Assembly: GCA_964016885.1 (NCBI GenBank)
Contig: OZ024761.1
Span: forward strand, 22,506,001-22,570,000
DNA length: 64,000 nt
DNA from: Eledone cirrhosa
Lineage: Eukaryota
Direction of reading: 5' to 3'
In this document: in pieces, positions 43,357 through 56,745 of the stretch
Layout: every line of letters starts with the position of its first letter
Position numbering within the stretch: the first letter of the stretch is position 1
Position numbers and translations under genes: made by a program
The notes under the pieces: generated by a model
Databases searched by the model: none
What the model saw: only the letters and a program-made list of their open reading frames with translations
Told to the model about the DNA's origin: nothing

Positions 43357-43513
43357 TACTTGTGGTCAATTTAATCAACTTTACTTTTTTTTTTTTTTCT
43401 CCAAATTTGATGACCTTGAACCAAAATCAAAAATTATTTTATAAGCTTGCATATGTTTTTTTAAAAATTTTAATCCTTTTAACTTTTTTTTAAAAATCCC
43501 TTTTTTAATTTAG

Positions 43514-43654
43514 AGCATGATTGTTGACCAAACAATAGAGAAAGTTTCTTTTTGTGCTCCTGATCGAAATCATGATAAAGGTTTTGCTTACATTTGCCGA
43601 GATGGAACGACAAGGCGATGGATATGCCATGGTTTTATGGCTATCAAAGAATCA
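43514..43654 (+). CDS. numb: Numb coding exon 4 (PTB domain)
   Basis: tttaatttag|AGC ATG ATT...GAA TCA|gtaagt; 141 nt = [47 protein letters not shown], near-identical to the Numb PTB core. Confidence 0.96.
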
Positions 43655-44438
43655 GTAAGTGTCAGTAAATCTTTGATTCTTTCCATTTTCTCATCTAATT
43701 TTTTTTTTTTTTTTTATTTCAAATTTTTAAAGAACTCTTTTAAATTAAAAAATATTTTTAGTTATTTTTTAGTTTTCAAATTGCATTAAAAAATTTTTTT
43801 CATTCTCAAATTTTCTTAATTTTTTTTATAGTTTTATTTTTTAAATTACATTTAAAATTTTTACTTTTTATTTTTTAATTATTACAAAACATTTTTAATT
43901 CTTAATTCTACATTAAATTTTTTTAAATTTGATTTTTTAATTCTAAATATCTTTTTAATTTCTTTAAATTTTTGATTTAAAAAAGACTTATTCACTAACT
44001 TTTATAAAAACATAATACTAACTTTGAATTAAGTTCCTTTTTTTTTCCATAAAAAGTTTTTTTTTGTTTGTTTGTTTTATTCTCTGGCTTCAATAATCCC
44101 GACCCCTTCCCAATAGCTACTTCTCCATATGTACATAAAATGGTAGGAAAGCAACCCTTCAAAACTAAAGTAGCCTCTTTAATACCAACCCATAATTTCT
44201 AGAATAAATAGTTAACTTTACTAATGGTTTTATTGTGAAGTATCCACCCACGGGCTAAATTGTCTTCTACCTAACCACCCCCACCACATCCATCTACCAT
44301 TATCCACTAACGGCTTGTTATCACGGATCTCACACCACCATACACACACACACACACACACACCATAGTAATTAGAGTTTTCAAATGTTAATTATTTGAG
44401 TAGACAAGAATTTTTCATTCTGGTCTGCATGGCAATTA

Positions 44439-44507
<69 letters not shown>

Positions 44508-44568
44508 CTGTTTTTCTCTGGCTCTCTTTATCATCCTCTTTTTTTTTCTCTCTCTCTCTCTTTGCTGT

Positions 44569-44599
<31 letters not shown>

Positions 44600-45036
44600 C
44601 TGTCAAGTCCAATCGATGTTACTCAGAAATATTCCTCCAAGAACCGTTACCAAAGTCATGAAACTTTCTTCTTCGGAGTGCTAATGTGTCACAGACAAAC
44701 CAACATTTAAACTCGTGTCTGCTGCTTCTTAGAAGCAAAATTAAATTTACAACAGTTTCACAAAACATTGAACTAAATATAAATTTAACTCTTACGATGC
44801 CAGATCAACTGAAACCTCCTATCCTATGACTCAAAGTCAGGAGGTTTCAATTTTAAAGTGTTTACATTTATCTAAAACCTTTCCATCATAATCTTATGTA
44901 AGAACCTTTCACTCAAATCTTTAAATCATGAATTAATGGTAATGAAAGAGTTAAAATGTTTAGATTTATCAACAAATTTTCTATTATAATTTCATGTAAG
45001 ACATTTTCTAAAGTTATGTTCCAAAAAGCAGCTTAA

Positions 45037-45614
45037 CCCTTTAGCATTTAAACTGGTCGTATCCAGTTGTATCTGGCCAGAATTCTCTCATGTCTTTCTG
45101 TTCAAATCGGCTGTAACTGGCCGCTCATACTGATGTTGAGGTGTTGTTCTCAAAATAAATAACATCAAAATCTCATAGATTCGCTATTATGTGAGGTAAA
45201 GCCTTTACCACAAAAATACAATAGTAAATATAGAGTAATGTAAATGTTATGTGAGATATTATGTGAGGTAAAGCCTTTACTGTGAAAATACAATAGTATA
45301 TATAGAGTAATGTAAATGTTATGTGAGATATTATGTGAGGTAAAGCCTTTACTGTGAAAATACAATAGTATATATAGAGTAATGTAAATGTTATGTGAGA
45401 TATTATGTAAGGTAAAGCCTTTACTGTGAAAATACAATAGTATATATAGAGTAATGTAAATGTTATGTGAGATATTATGTGAGGTAAAGCCTTTACTGTG
45501 AAAATACAATAGTATATATAGAGTAATGTAAATGTTATGTGAGATATTATGTGAGGTAAAGCCTTTACTGTGAAAATACAATAGTATATATAGAGTAATG
45601 TAAATGGTAAAGGG
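45037..45614. mobile_element. piggyBac-type (TTAA) MITE with an internal 72-bp tandem array
   Basis: TTAA|CCCTTTAGCATTTA ... TAAATGGTAAAGGG|TTAA: 14-bp TIR with 1 mismatch and a TTAA target duplication; ~6 internal 72-bp units. Confidence 0.8.
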
Positions 45615-46229
45615 TTAATAGTGAGAAAGTTAGTTATACTTTTTTATTCTTTTACCCATTACAGTCATCCAGCTGAGGCCATGCTGGGGCACCACCCTTG
45701 TAAATACATTCCACCATTATACATATGGATTAGTAACTCCTGTCAAAATATCAACTAATTATTAATCATGTTTACTAATTGCATTTACCTGTGAACTAAC
45801 ATATCTGCTTAATACTACAACTACCACCACCACCACCACCACTACTACTATTACTAATACTACTACTACTACTACACACTTTATATGAATGTCTGTGAAG
45901 TATTTAACTTAAGTGTTTTCGTACCAACCAAGACATTTGTATATGTAAAAGATGTGTAGATTCTTGGTGTATATAGTTTGTGTGTATGTATGTGTATGTA
46001 GGTATGTGTGTGTATGTGTATACGTATGTATGTATATATATATATATGTTTACATGTGTGTGTATGTATATATGTGTATGTGTACATATATATCTATATA
46101 TATGTTTGCGTGTGTGTGCATATATATATATGTGTGTGTGTGTATGTATATATGTGTATGTGTACATATATATCTATATATATGTTTGCGTGTGTGTGTA
46201 TATATATATATGTGTGTGTGTGTATTTAT

Positions 46230-46269
<40 letters not shown>

Positions 46270-46470
46270 GTCTGTGTGTGTATATATATATGTGTATGTG
46301 TGTATATATATATATGTGTGTGTATATATATATGTGTGTGTGTATATATATGTGTGTGTGTATATATGTGTGTGTATATATATGTGTGTGTATATATGTG
46401 TGTATATATATGTGTGTGTATATATATATGTGAGTGTGTATATATGTGAGTGTGTGTATATATATGTGTG

Positions 46471-46505
<35 letters not shown>

Positions 46506-46708
46506 TTTTCTATGTGATCAAGAATAGAATGCATATAGATTTTTCTGTTCAATAAGGATTAAATCAGTGTGTAAGTGTGTGTCTGTCTGTCTGTGTGTGT
46601 GTGTGTCTGTCTGTGTGTGTGTTCTCTGTCTGTGTGTGTCTATATGTGTGTGTGTCTGTGTGTGTCTATATGTGTGTGTGTCTGTGTGTGTGTGTGTCTG
46701 TGTGTGTC

Positions 46709-46741
<33 letters not shown>

Positions 46742-46867
46742 CTGTGTGTGTCTATATGTGTGTGTGTCTGTGTGTGTAAATGAATATATTTCAACTCTGA
46801 TCTCAACTGTATCTGATAAAACAAATCAATCACAGAATCAAAGCTGATTGTAATCAATTAAATATAA

Positions 46868-47825
46868 ACACACCACACACACACACACACCACACAACAC
46901 ACACACAACACACACACACAACACACACCACACATACGCACACACCACACAACACACAACACACCACACAACACACAACACACACCACTCAACACACACA
47001 CACAACACACAACACACACCACACAACACACAACATACAACACACACCACACAACACACACACCACACACCACACAACACACACCACATACCACACAACA
47101 CACAACACACACCACACAACACACAACACACACCACACAACACACAACACACACCACACACACCACACACACCACACAACAACACACCACACAACACACA
47201 ACACACACCACACAACAACACACCACACACCACACAACAACACACCACACACCACACACCACACAACACACACCACACAACAACACACACCACACAACAC
47301 ACAACACACACAACACAACACACACCACACCACACACCACATACCACACAACACACAACACACACCACACACCACACAACACACACCACACCACACACCA
47401 CATACCACACAACACACACCACACACCACACAACACACACACACCACAACACACACAACACAACACACCACACACCACACAACACAACACACAACACAAC
47501 ACACACCACACACACCACAACACACACCACACACCACACAACACACAACACACAACACACCACACACCACACAACAACACACAACACAACACACACCACA
47601 TACCACACAACACACACAACACACCACACACCACACAACACACACCACACAACACACACCACATACCATACAACACACACCACACACCACACACGACACA
47701 ACAACACACAACACACCACACCACACACAACATACCACACACCACACACCACACAACAACACACAACACAACACAACACACAACACAACACACAACACAC
47801 AACACAACACACAACATACACAAAC
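46868..47825. repeat. C/A-only low-complexity tract
   Basis: (CACAA/CACAC/CACCA) mosaic. Confidence 0.9.
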
Positions 47826-47932
47826 AATAAAATTAAAAAGTAGGTGAATAAACTGACACAAAAACTGTAAAAGACTGATTCTTGATTTCTGTAGAGATGT
47901 TTCTGGGTGGAAGAGAAGTAGACCTAATATTA

Positions 47933-48129
47933 AATAATTGTTTCTACTTTTGGCACAAGGCCAGCAATTACCCCAGTGTATTACTGGTACTTTATTTTAT
48001 CGACCCCCGTAAGGATGAAAGGTAAAGTTAACCTCGGTGGGATTTTGAACTCAGAATGGCAAGGGCCGTAACTCTATGCTGCAAAGCATGGCGTCCGACC
48101 CTCTACCGATACTGCCAATCCACCGCCCC
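47933..48129 (-). mobile_element. SINE family 1 copy
   Basis: Reverse complement of the 34329 element. Confidence 0.82.
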
Positions 48130-48475
48130 TTTACCATTTACATTACTCTATATTTACTATTATATTTACGGCGTAAAGGCTTTACCTCACATAATTATCT
48201 CACATAATATCGAATCTACAAGATTTTGATATTATTTAGTTTGAGAACAATACCTTAACATAAGTATGAGTGGCCTGTTATGGCCAATATTAAATAATAC
48301 CAGTTCTTTCCTGTCTCTTCCAAACCTATCTCCGGAACTTTCTCTCACATAACTAACCCAGTTTTTCCGAGTTCGTGAAACAAAAAATATTTCTTTTTTA
48401 ATGTCGTTATTTAGCTTTTCAAGTGTGAAATCTTCCTTGTTCTCTCTCTTATCTCATGAAGAAAAAAACCCTTAA

Positions 48476-49278
48476 CCCTTTAGCATTTAAACCGGCCATA
48501 ACTCTCTCACCTCTTTCTGATTAAACTAGGCATAACAGGCCACTCATACTTATATTAAGATATTGTTCTCAAACTAAATAATATCAAAATCTTGTAGATT
48601 CGATATTATGTGAGATAATTATGTGAGGTAAAACCTTTACGGTGTAAATATAATAGTAAATATAGAGTAATGTAAATGGTAAAGGGTTAAATATAATAGT
48701 ATGTAGAGTAATGTAAATGGTAAAGGGTTAAATATAATAGTAAATATAGAGTAATGTAAATGGTAAAGGGTTAAATATAATAGTATGTAGAGTAATGTAA
48801 ATGGTAAAGGGTTAAATATAATAGTATGTAGAGTAATGTAAATGGTAAAGGGTTAAATATAATAGTAAATATAGAGTAATGTAAATGGTAAAGGGTTAAA
48901 TATAATAGTATGTAGAGTAATGTAAATGGTAAAGGGTTAAATATAATAGTATGTAGAGTAATGTAAATGGTAAAGGGTTAAATATAATAGTAAATATAGA
49001 GTAATGTAAATGGTAAAGGGTTAAATATAATAGTATGTAGAGTAATGTAAATGGTAAAGGGTTAAATATAATAGTATATATAGAGTAATGTAAATGGTAA
49101 TGGGTTAAATATAATAGTATGTAGAGTAATGTAAATGGTAAAGGGTTAAATATAATAGTAAATATAGAGTAATGTAAATGGTAAAGGGTTAAATATAATA
49201 GTAAATATAGAGTAATGTAAATGGTAAAGGGTTAAATATAATAGTAAATATAGAGTAATGTAAATGGTAAAGGGTTAA
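48476..49278. mobile_element. TTAA MITE (48476-48686) followed by ~14 tandem copies of its right end
   Basis: 41/43-bp unit ATATAATAGTA(TG/AATA)TAGAGTAATGTAAATGGTAAAGGGTTAA. Confidence 0.8.
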
Positions 49279-49529
49279 ATTGATCTAGAAAGGGGAACAG
49301 TTTCCTTGTTGATAGCATTATTATTGTTGTTGTTGTTTGGGCACAGGACCAGCAATTTGGAGAGGGGGGGGGGGTTCGATTGCAATGATGATGATGACAC
49401 CCACTCCAGCGCTTGGCTGCTGCTGTACTGGCTAGTACTTTTATCAACACATCCTTCACCCTTTCTCTAGCTCTGGGAAGGATGAAAAGCAAAGTTCACT
49501 TTGGCAGGATTTGAACTCCCAATGCGTGA

Positions 49530-49575
<46 letters not shown>

Positions 49576-49694
49576 TGTAACCTCACAATCAGTTATTTGT
49601 AAAGGAATGGTATGAGGAACACCAAAGAGATGTAGAGATGTATTTTCTCAGATAAACCAAATGGTTGCTAACATAATCCCGTGTAATATTTTTA

Positions 49695-49756
<62 letters not shown>

Positions 49757-49999
49757 ACATATATATATATATGTGAAAAGAGTCAGGACTCCCGACGGCT
49801 GAGCTCCGGCCCTTCCGACAGCTAGATTTGAACTGAGTTCAGATCTAGCTGTTGAAACAGCTGGAGCTCAGCCGTCGGGGGTCCTGACTCTTTTCCTATT
49901 ACCTACTCTACTACCCTAAGTATTGAGTACTCTGGTGCGTTATGGTCCACCTGGTATTTAACACACCCTCTCTGTTATATATATCTATATATACGCAAA

Positions 50000-50150
50000 C
50001 TGTATTTCCTGGTGTCGAAGGGGCTACTTTTTTCTTAAAATAAGTCTCAAAAATCTACCATGCGTCCTGGAGGCAGAAGGTTGTTTATTATTTTTGTTCA
50101 AATTTTTGGTTGTCAAAATTAGGGTGGGTCCTTGAGGCGGGAAATACGGT
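50000..50150. mobile_element. Degenerate pogo/Tc1-like MITE
   Basis: CTGTATTTCCTGGTGTCGAAGG ... CCTTGAGGCGGGAAATACGG|TA imperfect TIRs. Confidence 0.45.
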
Positions 50151-50174
50151 ATATATTGAACTAGCCATTTCCAT

Positions 50175-50213
<39 letters not shown>

Positions 50214-50471
50214 TATATATATACCATTTCCTGTCAGCATAACTTGGCAAGATATTTAGAACACTGGTTTAACCGCTTTACTTCCCTCCGAAGAACAGAT
50301 ATTATCTCGAAAATTAAGGACATTTAAATAAATCTAAGGTAAAAGACTAATTGTCAACAATATCTTTTGCATTTGCATTCTTTATTCTATGTCCATACCT
50401 GCATTGTTTTGGCTTTATTATACATATACAAACGTTCATATATAATTATGTAATAAACAACAATATTATTA

Positions 50472-50542
50472 ATCCATTACCCAAGGTTTCAGGAAATCAG
50501 ACGATTCTAACAGAAACGTCTGATTTCGTTCATCAGATGAAA
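50472..50542 (-). ncRNA. Type I hammerhead ribozyme motif (family D)
   Basis: Minus strand UUUCAU CUGAUGA ACGAAAUCAGACG..CGUCUGAUUUCCU GAA ACC uug GGU A|AUGGA. Confidence 0.72.
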
Positions 50543-50592
50543 TATCTTTATTATGAATATCTTCTTTCCTTTAGGTTTTCTACAGAAATACT

Positions 50593-50640
<48 letters not shown>

Positions 50641-50700
50641 ACACATATATATATAATAGTAGAACACTGGAGGTGGTTACTCCCGATTGAACCCGGGATA

Positions 50701-50752
<52 letters not shown>

Positions 50753-50891
50753 ACAAAGTATGACCCCGACGGCAGAGCTCAAGCCGTTTCAACGGCTATT
50801 TCTGGACTAAATTTCCCACTCCTCTACTACCCTAAGTATTGAGTACTCTGGTGCGTTATGGTCCATCTGGTTCCTTACCACAATTCCTTCG

Positions 50892-50989
<98 letters not shown>

Positions 50990-51069
50990 ATATTTTCCGT
51001 ATTTTTCCAGCCTCACTTTCAATTTTTAACAGATTTTAAATCTCATTTCATATTTTCTATCCATAACAT

Positions 51070-51135
51070 CTCTGTCTGATGAACGATCCAGACGTATTAA
51101 TATTGTCTGGGATCCAGAAACCTTTGGTAATGGAG
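51070..51135 (+). ncRNA. Type I hammerhead ribozyme motif (family D)
   Basis: CUCUGU CUGAUGA acGAUCCAGAC..GUCUGgGAUCca GAA ACC uuu GGU A|AUGGAG; base of stem II imperfect. Confidence 0.62.
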
Positions 51136-51161
51136 TAGTTATATATTGTGTTGTTCACTTT

Positions 51162-52008
<847 letters not shown>

Positions 52009-52146
52009 TGTAAGTTTATCCTGGGTTCAATCGGGGGGGGGGGGGTAACCCCAGTAAGTAAGGTACTCAATAAAAAGCAGAGTATAAATATTTAATATAG
52101 AAAAGCTTCTACAGGACTAGAACTGTTTCATTCGTGAGAAATCATC

Positions 52147-52203
52147 AAGAGCTTCCTGATGATTTCTCACGAATGAAACAGTTCTAGTCCTGTAGAAGCT
52201 TTT
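52147..52203 (+). ncRNA. Type I hammerhead ribozyme motif (family E)
   Basis: AAGAGCUUC CUGAUGA uUUC ucac GAAu GAA ACAG uucuaguc CUGU A|GAAGCUUUU; 9-bp stem I, true 4-bp stem III, weak stem II; predicted cleavage after 52194. Confidence 0.72.
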
Positions 52204-52449
52204 CTATATTAAATATATATATATGTATATAGAACCAGCCATTTCATTCCTATACTGCCCCCTATAATGGTTTCCCCTATTTCCCACCTCCTCCTATTGT
52301 CTTCCATTTTTTTCTAATGTCTCTTTTTCACAAACTGCCTCCTCTCCAGGAAAAATCCGACTTGGTAAGCCAAAACCCTTTCATTCCGTCTGCCTTTTAT
52401 TTATTTATATATATTTATATATTTATATTTATATTGGAGTTCTGTTTGC

Positions 52450-52719
52450 TTCTTTTCTCTCTTTTTCTTCTTCTTCTTCTTGTTTTTTCTGTCTTCTTCT
52501 AATTCTTCTTCTTCTTTTTCTTCTTCTTCTGCTTTTTCTTCTTCTTCTTTTTCTTCTTCTTTTTCTTCTTCTTCTTCTTCTTCTTCTTTTTCTTCTTCTT
52601 CTTCTTCTTCTTCTGTCTTCTTTTTCTTCTGTCTTCTTTTTCTTCTGTCTTCTTCTTCTTCTTCTTCTTCTTCTTCTTCTTCTTCTGACTTCTTCTTCTT
52701 CTGACTTCTTCTTCTTCTG

Positions 52720-52750
<31 letters not shown>

Positions 52751-52797
52751 CTTCTTCTTCTTCTTCTTCTTCTTTCTGTCTTCTTCTTTTGCTTCTG
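52450..52797. repeat. (TTC)n-rich polypyrimidine tract
   Basis: Direct reading. Confidence 0.92.
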
Positions 52798-53674
52798 ATA
52801 TATGTTTAAACCCCCTACTAACTTCCCTGGACCAGTGTTTGTTTGAGGCTGGTCATCAGTAGGTGGTCTTGCAATAGCGTCCAGCATCTGGTCACTATCT
52901 TTTGTTCTTTCTGTTCCTTCTTGTTGTTGTGTGTGTGTGTGTGTGAGTTTGTTTTATTTCTATCTTTATATTTATTATTTTGTTGTGTTGTGTTGTTTTA
53001 CCATTAATCTAGTTTTGTTATTTTAACCCTTTCATTGTTTCTATATTTCATTTCTAATGAAAAATTTAGTTTTTAAATTTAGTTTTTAAAATAATCAAGA
53101 ATTCAGGGAGATTTAGTGATAAACCAACTTTCTCATTATTTAATCTGGTGTTTGGAACATAATATAAAATTTCGGTGGAAGTTTTTTAGATAAATATCAA
53201 TATTTCAACTGTTCCATTACTATATTTTTAATGAAAAACCCTACCTATGGTTTTCAATTAATTTTAGTAATATAAATATAACTTTCTCATTATTAAGCTG
53301 GTGTTTGGAACATAACTTAACAAAGGTTGTAATGTAAAATTATGATTGAAAGTACTTAGGTGAATATAAACACTTTAAAATAAATAGTTTTGTATCGTAG
53401 AGTGTTGAATGGTTGCAGTTAAATTGGTACCAAAGGGGTTGCTAGTTCATCTCCTGGTCAGCAGATACCCACAAGGCGAATAATCTGTGAGGATGGAGGG
53501 CAGTTGATTATATTTACCGCAGTACATGACTGGTACTTCCTTCTGTCACACTCCGGTGAACGGTGAAGTTAAAGTTGGCAGTATTTGAACTGCCAATGTA
53601 AAGAACCAGAACAAACAGATGCCATTTTGTTTGATGCTCTACCAATTCGGACATTCCACTACATTTTCTGTATA

Positions 53675-54302
53675 ATAATTGCTTCTACTTTTGGCACAAG
53701 GCCAGCAATTTTAAGAGGGTGAAAGGCAAAGTTGAACTCAGAACGTAAAGGGCCATAACACTATGCTGCAAAAGATGTTGTCCGATGCTCTACCAATTCT
53801 GCTGCCAATCCACCACCCTTCTCATTATAATAATATAATAATTGTTTCGACTTTTGGCACAAGACCAGCAAATACCCCAGTGTATTACTGGTACTTTACT
53901 TTGTCGACCCCCGTAAGGATGAAAGGCAAAGTTAACCTCGGCGGGATTTGAACTCAGACCATAAAGGGACGTAACTCTATGCTGCAAAGCATGGCGTCCG
54001 ACCCTCTACCGATACTGCCAATCCACCGCCCTAGCATGGTGTCCGACCCTCTACCGATACTGCCAATCCACCGCCCTAGCATGGTGTCCGACCCTCTACC
54101 GATACTGCCAATCCACCGCCCTAGCATGGTGTCCGACCCTCTACCGATACTGCCAATCCACCACCCTAGCATGGTGTCCGACCCTCTACCGATACTGCTA
54201 ATCCACCACCCTAGCATGGTGTCCGACCCTCTACCGATACTGCCAATCTACCACCCTAGCATGGTGTCCGACCCTCTACCGATACTGCCAATCCACCGCC
54301 CT
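53675..54302 (-). mobile_element. SINE family 1: one internally deleted copy plus one full copy whose 45-bp head is tandemly repeated 7x
   Basis: Copies at 53675-53820 and 53838-54032; unit AGCATGGTGTCCGACCCTCTACCGATACTGCCAATCCACCGCCCT at 53988-54302. Confidence 0.85.
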
Positions 54303-54629
54303 TTATAATAATATAATAATATTAGTCATTACTGATATAGGCAAAAGGCTGACAATTTTGGGTGGAGGAGGAGGGAGTCAATTAAATCAACCCCAGTGCA
54401 TTGCTGGTACTTTACCTGTCATGAATAAAGCATGGGTATCTTCCTGTTGTAGTTGTTGTTGTTGTTGTCTGGTGAATGCTCTCTTCTCTGCATGTCTGTT
54501 GTTTGTAAAATAAAAATGCTCGCTGGTCTGTTATGTGCTCGTAACTTTTATAGCTGCTCCGTATCTCTAGAATGAATGCCACTACTTCACCAGGTTTTCT
54601 CTATGAAGAAATATGATTGTGTGTACGTG

Positions 54630-55600
54630 TGTGTGTGAACGAAAGACTTCCTTACAGTCGCCATCTACCAAATTTCACTTCCAAGACATTGGTCAGTCTG
54701 AGGCTATAGTAGAAGACACTTGACCAAGGTGACCCACAAGACATTGGTCAACCTGTGGCTATAGTAGAAGACACTTGACCAAGGTGACCCACAAGACATT
54801 GGTCAATCTGTGACTATAGTAGAAGACACTTGACCAAGGTGACCCACAAAACATTGGTCAGTCTGAGGCTAGAGTAGAAGACACTTGACCAAGGTGACCC
54901 ACAAAACATTGGTCAGTCTGAGGCTAGAGTAGAAGACACTTGACCAAGGTGACCCACAAAACATTGGTCAGTCTGAGGCTAGAGTAGAAGACACTTAACC
55001 AAGGTGACCCACAAGACATTGGTCAGTCTGAGGCTAGAGTAGAAGACACTTAACCAAGGTGACCCACAAGACATTGGTCAGTCTGAGGCTATAGTAGAAG
55101 ACACTTGACCAAGTTACCACACAGCAGGACTGACCCACAAGACATTGGTCCATCTGAGGCTAGAGTAGAAGACACTAGACCAAGGTGACCCACAGCAGGA
55201 CTGACCCACAAGACATTGGTCCATCTGAGGCTAGAGTAGAAGACACTTGACCAAGGTGACCCACAGCAGGACTGACCCACAAGACATTGGTCCATCTGAG
55301 GCTAGAGTAGAAGACACTTGACCAAGGTGACCCACAAGACATTGGTCAGTCTGAGGCTACAGTAGAAGACACTTGACGAAGGTGCCATACAGTAGGACTG
55401 ACCTACAAGACATTGGTCAGTCTGAGGCTACAGTAGAAGACACTTGACCAAGGTACCACACAGCAGGACTGACCCACAAGACATTGGTCAGTCTGTGGCT
55501 AGTAGAAAATAAAATAAAATGACACTAGCCCAAGGTACCACGAAGCAGTGGACCTGGACCAAAGCCATTTTGGTCGTGAAGTGAATTCCTTCACCACACT
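54630..55600 (-). mobile_element. CORE-like SINE with an internal 55/70-bp tandem amplification (~13 units)
   Basis: Unit CAAGACATTGGTCAGTCTGAGGCTATAGTAGAAGACACTTGACCAAGGTGACCCA (54682-55500); contains the reverse complement of a CORE-like CCTTGG.CAAGTGTCTTCT; degenerate tRNA-like head at 55530-55600. Confidence 0.65.
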
Positions 55601-56006
55601 GGTAAACCTGCAAGTATGAAAACAATCTGTTTAACCTTCAACACGCTGAAACATTTTATGAATTACTTCCCTTGACACTGTATTATGTATTGAGGGGAGA
55701 CTACTCTATTGGTGACATAATGCGTCTAGAGCGCGCTGAAGGTTAATGTCAACTAACATGGGGGAATTTTGGAAACATTATTAAAATTACTTATTTATAT
55801 TTTTAAAAATTAATTTCCTCTCGTTCTGTTTTCCGATTATAAAACCTTTTTGAAAGCAGCACTATTAGATTGGTTATAGCTCGTTATTAAAGTCGTTATT
55901 GTGCTTTCATCTTTGCATTTAAAATAGACTTTGCCACCATTTCAAAACAGATAACAGCTGTGTGTGTATATATATATGTATGTATATATATATATGTGTG
56001 TGTATA

Positions 56007-56040
<34 letters not shown>

Positions 56041-56052
56041 CACACACATATG

Positions 56053-56092
<40 letters not shown>

Positions 56093-56320
56093 TAGTTAGA
56101 TTTTGGTATACATATATATATAGACAGAGATATTGGTATATCTATATGTATATATATATGTGTATATATATATATATATATAGACAGAGATATTGGTATA
56201 TATATATATATATATAGGAACGAGTAGGACCCCGACGGCAGAGCTCAAGCCGTTTCGATGGCTAATTCTGGACTAAATGGTGCGTTAGGGTTCACCTGGT
56301 TCTTTACCACATTTCCTTCG

Positions 56321-56381
<61 letters not shown>

Positions 56382-56424
56382 GAGAGAGATCAGAGAAAGA
56401 GAGAGAGATAGATAGTTAGATATG

Positions 56425-56478
<54 letters not shown>

Positions 56479-56497
56479 GAGATATTGGTACTATATA

Positions 56498-56552
<55 letters not shown>

Positions 56553-56553
56553 G

Positions 56554-56606
<53 letters not shown>

Positions 56607-56618
56607 TGTATATATATA

Positions 56619-56658
<40 letters not shown>

Positions 56659-56668
56659 GAGATATTGG

Positions 56669-56702
<34 letters not shown>

Positions 56703-56714
56703 TGTATATATATG

Positions 56715-56745
<31 letters not shown>

